From: Diplonema japonicum
Lineage: Eukaryota; Protista; Euglenozoa: Diplonemea
Assembly: GCA_964019335.1 (NCBI GenBank)
Contig: OZ025657.1
Location: 124,001-188,000, forward strand
Reading direction: 5' to 3'
Length of the DNA: 64,000 bases
Below, piece after piece: positions 59,801-64,000 of this stretch; the first letter of the stretch is position 1, and each line of letters opens with the position of its first letter. A model generated the notes under the pieces. That model had not been told where the DNA came from. It was given only the letters and a program-made list of their open reading frames with translations, and made no database searches. The translations under genes and the position numbers were made by a program.

Positions 59801-60046
59801 CTCTCCCGTTTCTGGGCGCTTTATGCTGCTGAAGTTGGTGTAGTTGGTCTTGTTCGGGTTTCGTGGGTCGTATCCTTCGGTGCTGGTTTTAAATACCTTC
59901 GAGCGTTTTTTCCTTCTCCTCAGCGGAGGGCTTCGCGGTAGGATCCTGGGGGAGATCTGTGCCCCTTGAATGTTCTGTTGCCAATTTACTTCCCTCCCCT
60001 TGAGTATGTCCAATGATAGAACAGGCCATAATTTAGCTTCCCACAT
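56894..60046 (-). CDS. Caspase/metacaspase-like (C14 fold) domain lacking the catalytic dyad, plus IQ motif
   Basis: HAVLIGVSAY...DIEKLQDQL..LGY.V..LTD...TKDNV...LLIYFAGR...VFIDGY; later AATLIQAFLRACLLRR (IQ). Confidence 0.7.
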   Translation of the reverse strand: MWEAKLWPVLSLDILKGREVNWQQNIQGAQISPRILPRSPPLRRRKKRSKVFKTSTEGYDPRNPNKTNYTNFSSIKRPETGEVNIECHEVKRVEPNSPRLQPVLFDLHELDELNCTSRSEVLDEWGTGFESDLGLDQAERRDILNNFERRKPSSIIRRVTPPFFKGHHHFRKQRNPPKKNRAAIVQSHTHSRIPPPIITLCNNRFHAVLIGVSAYSDSRIKPEERILGDIEKLQDQLECLGYTVDVLTDTTAPPTKDNVLLFVKDALAKTPPPDPTGRPDNVDLEPTPSLLIYFAGRVRKLDFENGREKLVLFCEDTGLYEPLEDCLTLDDLLLTDRNGTVGRVFIDGYPLLGTKPKSRCMTELQPDSYFINTRTTHGYVLIKGPGQGGNFECCINQRQRESLENQGGLLSSYMHAVLSGTEISDPRLGVNAVNVYLMRKFNKLGFNPITTASSLNKEQHVLCGLEHHAALRRKAEADSNKQLLKRNQNKSWYLLTCVVGLSEIMKHGQPGICARVNTRAGRAKKRPTGVAHVNNEPPWVAHTSSASLYRKGSEKASFRHQSSKIKSMRHQKNKSVLGPASSGIVKSGLNLTLGFGKVHESFGQLVPNECSFSSFHSIELIKRKDSNWEKASNDTESTDSLVLETDIPLPNETADVAAMFKSSFRSVFTPAPVKPNEGCCFARNLTRGDNFYIVLAAGFCDWSPLLNTLLTTYSDEDWRQATAKYLGVEPYTLRVQLEVCSVIVLNVVTLNRALSVEFLGEVGKSKSKLLAGLLVSSIRLVYVLRVSCTPRVLRTLQKWSRTDTYQGIMSCSTVTEITVDDRANTAATLIQAFLRACLLRRELVRMSNLTVEESETRITLVMAARRQLRFLWDQVCADVTRIFTGNEIERREWILEWEEEDRHFMRCRVMRATAWELSNMRSIVWYMEKCERLCLQQYNRAISIYMEWEQLMELYAKTTRLELSECLAAYVIHDKEFRQRLDISNKKRMATAVPNMSSKYRKSRACLRRVVSIMPLTATKRCSAISMFQKGNCVATPLVPHLNTRGPSFS

Positions 60047-61160
60047 ATTTGGATGCCCCCCATCTGGTGGTAAATGAATTGCATAATGAATGGAAGAAGG
60101 ATTTGTAAAAGAACTAAGGGGGGGGGGGGGGGGGGAGGGGGATAGAGAATGGGGTTTCTTTTTTCTTTTTAATTCCGCATTTTATACGTGGCAGCATGAA
60201 AAGGAATTGCGGGAGAAGATAATAAGGGGGGGAAGGGAGGGGGGGGGGGCAATACAAAAAAGTTCTTTCTTGTGGACATAAAAAAAACAAGTTAGACACA
60301 CAAGAGGGGGGAACTATAAAAAAAAAACACAATTCCCAATAAATCCCCTCCTCACTCGTGTCCTTCTCTGTAAATCTTTTCAACTTCGAAACCTGGGGGA
60401 AAAAAAAATCATAAAGAACCAATCGGAGTGTGTTCTACAAAGGTCGGGGACATGTGGGGGAAGGGCATCACACGAGACAAGCAACACTTTGTTTCGACTC
60501 ATGCACTTTTCAAAAAAAAAAAAAAAAAAAAAGTCCGTTTTTACCACTACTCTTACAAGAAAACTGAGCAGAAATTAAAAAAAAAGAAGAAAAAACACCC
60601 ATTATTCTTCTCCTTCACATCTTCAAAAAATAGGGGGGGGGGGAAAGGGGCATCTTATACTCTCAGTTACATCTTCTTCGTCCTATTCTTTGTGTGAAGC
60701 TGCCAAAAAAAAGAAAGTTCGATTTAAATTCTCAGTGCATCGGGGTGCTGTTCATAAAGGAAAAAAAAAAAAAGAAGCAAAAATAGAGCTGCGATCATCT
60801 TGGGAAGAACGACAAGGGCTTCCGTTGTCGATACTTTTTGCTTCACCCCCGTTTTTTTTTTTTTAAAGATATACAATAAATCCCTACCCTCTTCCTTTTT
60901 TTTTTTTTTTTTCTTCTCCAAGTTCAGTTCATTCGTTCCCCTTTTTCCTTTTTTTTTTCTAACAATCCCATACCCCTTCCCAGACAAGAAGGAATTCATC
61001 CACAGGAGGAAGATGTGTTACCAACGACCCACCAAGAAAAGAAGAAAAATAAGAAAACACACACAAAAATGTAATCACGAGACTTCTTACTTACCACACT
61101 CCCCCTCAGCAAAATAAAAAACCCTTCAACACAAAACTTCCCCCCCCTTTTTTTTTACTC

Positions 61161-62382
61161 TCAAGCAACACCAAACTCATCATCAGCAAGTTTCGTCCTT
61201 CGTTTAGTTTTTTTTTTTTTTTTTTTTCTTCTCATACCTTTGTAACACAACAACCGTAACGAAAGAAATCGTGCTAAGGCAGAAGAGCAGAGAAGACACT
61301 ATTCGCAAGGCCGCCTCGAAGACCAAAGGTGCGGTCATCCCAAGAGTGATCCATGTGGAGTGTGGGTCAAGCTGCTGACACTCCCCAATAAGCCGGAGGA
61401 CGGTCCCGATACAGAGCAATATACACGCTAGCTTAGTGGAAGAAGCAGAAGGGTGAGCAGTGCAGAGAAAGAGAGCCAACATGGATCCAGATGAGACGGC
61501 TTCCAATGTGGAGCCGAGGGCAGTGGTTACAAGTTTCCCCTGAAGCGTGTTGTCGTCCATGTACCCTAGCGTGTGCATGGGGAGGAGAATGCCTTCTGTA
61601 ATTGCGCTTTGAAAAACACCCAAGCATAGCCCACAGACAAGGACCTTGAAGCTAACCCTGTCCCGGATAGAGTAAGACAACATTCTGTTGCACACGACTC
61701 CAACTGAGGTGAGGAACATCAACAGAAACACTGTGTTCGTCAGTAGCGCTCCGATCTCCTTCGCTCTGAAGTACGCGAACTCATCCCGCTGCCACGAGCA
61801 CATGACAGGGTTGGTGGCTGCAAGTGTTTTTAATTTATGCCGCTGGTTTTGAATGGTAGACGGGTTGCAATACGCCGCCGTGAGCCTAGGGAGGACGGGA
61901 AGCGACCAGACATTTGAAAGGAGTGCCGACTCGCTTGTAAGCCGTATGAAAGCACCGAAAAGAAGGATGGAAGCTGAAGAGGAGAGAAATGAGTAGTTGT
62001 GGATGGTAGGCGACTTTGTAACTAGAGTCATGATGAGAAAGAGAGACGCAAAGATAATGATGAGGCAGCCTAACCCCCGAAGCTGCGAGCTGCCACAGGT
62101 GTTCATTGTCCTGCAGCCTTCTTCCGTGAGGCTTCCTGCTGCGGCACCTATTGCTTCTACTATCACTGCCACCCCGAGAAATACGACGAGTTTCGATGCT
62201 TTCTCTCGCGCTACCACTCTTCGCACTTTCCCCCCACCACTCAAAGCCGACCGGGACACCCCAGACACGTTCAAAGACGTCACTGTGCTGTTCGCAGGAC
62301 TCGTGCTTCGTCCATCGAGACTTCTCCTTAGATTTATATTCTCATTGTACAGAGGCAAGGGGGACCCCGCCTCCACATCCAT
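61161..62382 (-). CDS. Multi-pass membrane protein of unknown function (2 exons)
   Basis: ~8 hydrophobic segments. Intron 61198-61237 replaces the spurious poly-K end with RTKLADDEFGVA*. Confidence 0.7.
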
Positions 62383-62581
62383 CCCTTCTGTGTGACTGTT
62401 ATTTACTCCGTTGCCGTGTTATTGGTAACAATCAAAAGGGAAAGAAGAAGAAAAAAAGGGGGGGGGGGGATTTTCAAAAAGTCATATCGAAACAAGGGCT
62501 TTTCTAATGCTCTTCCTGGAGCACTGCCCTCGGGGAACCCACAGAAACACTTTACACTATTCTCTCTTCATCTTTCTCGTA

Positions 62582-64000
62582 TCACCACATTCTCAAACGC
62601 TTCTCGGGTGCGATGTACATCGGGTCGCCTTCCTTCACATCGAAGGCGGAGTAGAACTCACCGATGTTGTTGACAAGGTTTGCACGGAAGCTGGACGGGG
62701 GGTGGGGGTCGGTGGTGAGGGCCTTGATCGTAAAGTCCTTTTTAGCGTTCTGCTTCCAGATGTTTGCAAAGGATTTGAAGAAAACACGGAAGTTTGCACG
62801 GATCAGGTCTTCGGACGCTCCCTCTTTGGCGAGCCTCGCGGACAATGCTTGGATAGACAGACTCATCCCTCCAAGATCGGCAAGAGCTTCGCCAAGGACA
62901 AGCTGCGCGTTCATCTTGTACGTGTTCTCACCGTCGACGAAGGAGTACGCCTCCGACTGCTCGTTCATCAACATGGTTTTTGCTGTGAAGAGTTCCTTGT
63001 CCTTTTCGGTCCACCACTCTTCGAGGTTCCCGTCACCGCTGAACAACCGTCCTTGGTCGTCATACCCGTGAGTGATCTCATGCGCGATAACAGCACCGAT
63101 CCCACCAAAGTTCACAGCATGGATGAAGTCATAATCAGGGAATGCCAGAGTCTCTTCTTGTATGTTGAAGTCGATGTCCTCCTTGTTTTTGCAGTAGAAA
63201 GGAGGCTGCAGAATCGCTGCGGGGAAGACTACCTCATTCTGCGTGGGGAGGAAGTACGCGTTGACGGTTTGTGGGGTTATGAGCCACTCTGTCTTGTCGA
63301 CAACAGAGTTGAGCTTCTGGTAGAACTCCACATCCAATGACCATTTCTTGTTCTTCTTCGAGATGTCGTAGAGGGTGTCGCCCGGTTTGATGTCCAGGAG
63401 GGAGTAGTCCTTCCACACATCGGGGAAGCCGATCTTCAATGCAAACTTCTCTAGCTTTTCCAAAGCCTTCTCCTTCGTCGCCTCTGTCAGCCAGTTGTTT
63501 GCCCGGATCGACGTCTTCATCACCTGCACCACCTCAAGGATCATCTCATTGACCTCGCCCTTGTATTTCTGTGGGAAGAACTTCGCAACGTAGACCTTGC
63601 CGAGCATCTCGCCGGCGTAGGCATTGACGATCTGAATGGTACGCTTGTCGTTGGGCTTTTGCTCCTCCTGACCGTGGAGCTTTCTCGAGTAGAAGTCGAA
63701 GTACTCCTCGTCGATCTCTTTAGTGCAGAATCCCTTGAAGGAAGAGACAATTTTGTATTGAAGGAACCCAACGTAGTTCAAAAAATTCTCCTTGTTGAGG
63801 ATCATGGCAAGAACACGGCGGATGGCATCACCGTCGTAAGCAGTGATGTGTTCGGCAGCAGGGGGGTTGGCGATGGATTTGGCGGTGAAGTGCTTCTCGA
63901 GGTTGGCCGCGAGAACGGATTTGAAATCGAACAGATCGTACAGCTTCGTGAAGAATTGCTCGGCGGTTTTGACCTGCTCGTCGGTGAGCTTAAAATCACG
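62582..64000 (-). CDS. M13 family zinc metalloendopeptidase (neprilysin/PepO-like), 3' part
   Basis: KIGFPD, VNAYF, EVVFPAAILQPPF, NFGGIGAVIAHEITHGYDDQG, GEALADLGG, DPHPPSSFR. Frame stays open to the window end. Confidence 0.95.
   Translation of the reverse strand, partial: RDFKLTDEQVKTAEQFFTKLYDLFDFKSVLAANLEKHFTAKSIANPPAAEHITAYDGDAIRRVLAMILNKENFLNYVGFLQYKIVSSFKGFCTKEIDEEYFDFYSRKLHGQEEQKPNDKRTIQIVNAYAGEMLGKVYVAKFFPQKYKGEVNEMILEVVQVMKTSIRANNWLTEATKEKALEKLEKFALKIGFPDVWKDYSLLDIKPGDTLYDISKKNKKWSLDVEFYQKLNSVVDKTEWLITPQTVNAYFLPTQNEVVFPAAILQPPFYCKNKEDIDFNIQEETLAFPDYDFIHAVNFGGIGAVIAHEITHGYDDQGRLFSGDGNLEEWWTEKDKELFTAKTMLMNEQSEAYSFVDGENTYKMNAQLVLGEALADLGGMSLSIQALSARLAKEGASEDLIRANFRVFFKSFANIWKQNAKKDFTIKALTTDPHPPSSFRANLVNNIGEFYSAFDVKEGDPMYIAPEKRLRMW

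Noticed and set aside
6159-61117. Many F-, K-, P- or G-rich ORFs in intergenic DNA
   Set aside because: Translations of A/T/G/C homopolymer tracts, which lack stop codons by composition.
78-63340. Long plus-strand ORFs (e.g. 78-884, 3397-4323, 19134-19871, 56141-56923, 62507-63340)
   Set aside because: Antisense shadows of minus-strand genes; no recognisable motifs.
1-64000. tRNA, rRNA or spliced-leader RNA genes
   Set aside because: None recognised by eye; tRNAscan-SE/Infernal would be needed to exclude them.

Overview
Gene-dense eukaryotic DNA, most consistent with a euglenozoan such as a diplonemid (inferred from gene content and organisation, not proven). All ~28 recognisable host genes lie head-to-tail on the minus strand, some only ~55-90 bp apart, as in a polycistronic directional cluster. 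The apparent frameshifts in the ORF track are explained by ~39 very short GT-AG introns (31-77 nt) that I reconstructed by hand. Many of these introns lack a 3' polypyrimidine tract and end in poly(A) or A/C-rich tracts, often after a U-rich 5' half. In contrast, regions upstream of start codons read polypyrimidine tract, AG, A-rich leader, ATG, like trans-splice acceptors. Recognised genes: LVIVD-repeat protein, LigB/DODA dioxygenase, ANK-coiled coil-LRR protein, a duplicated 70-aa microprotein, DEAD-box helicase, SK-like K+ channel, PB1-UBA protein, GK-GK-paladin-OB fusion, eIF6, alpha-SNAP, PH and PDZ proteins, FCP1-like pseudophosphatase, Plus3-like protein, pseudo-lipase, PEX4-like E2, lectin/mucin multi-TM surface protein, NHL-repeat PDE, importin alpha, pseudo-caspase/IQ protein and an M13 peptidase. 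Mobile DNA: an internally deleted piggyBac element with intact TIRs and TTAA duplication, and a degenerate foldback/MITE upstream of eIF6. A ~21-48 bp motif recurs four times.
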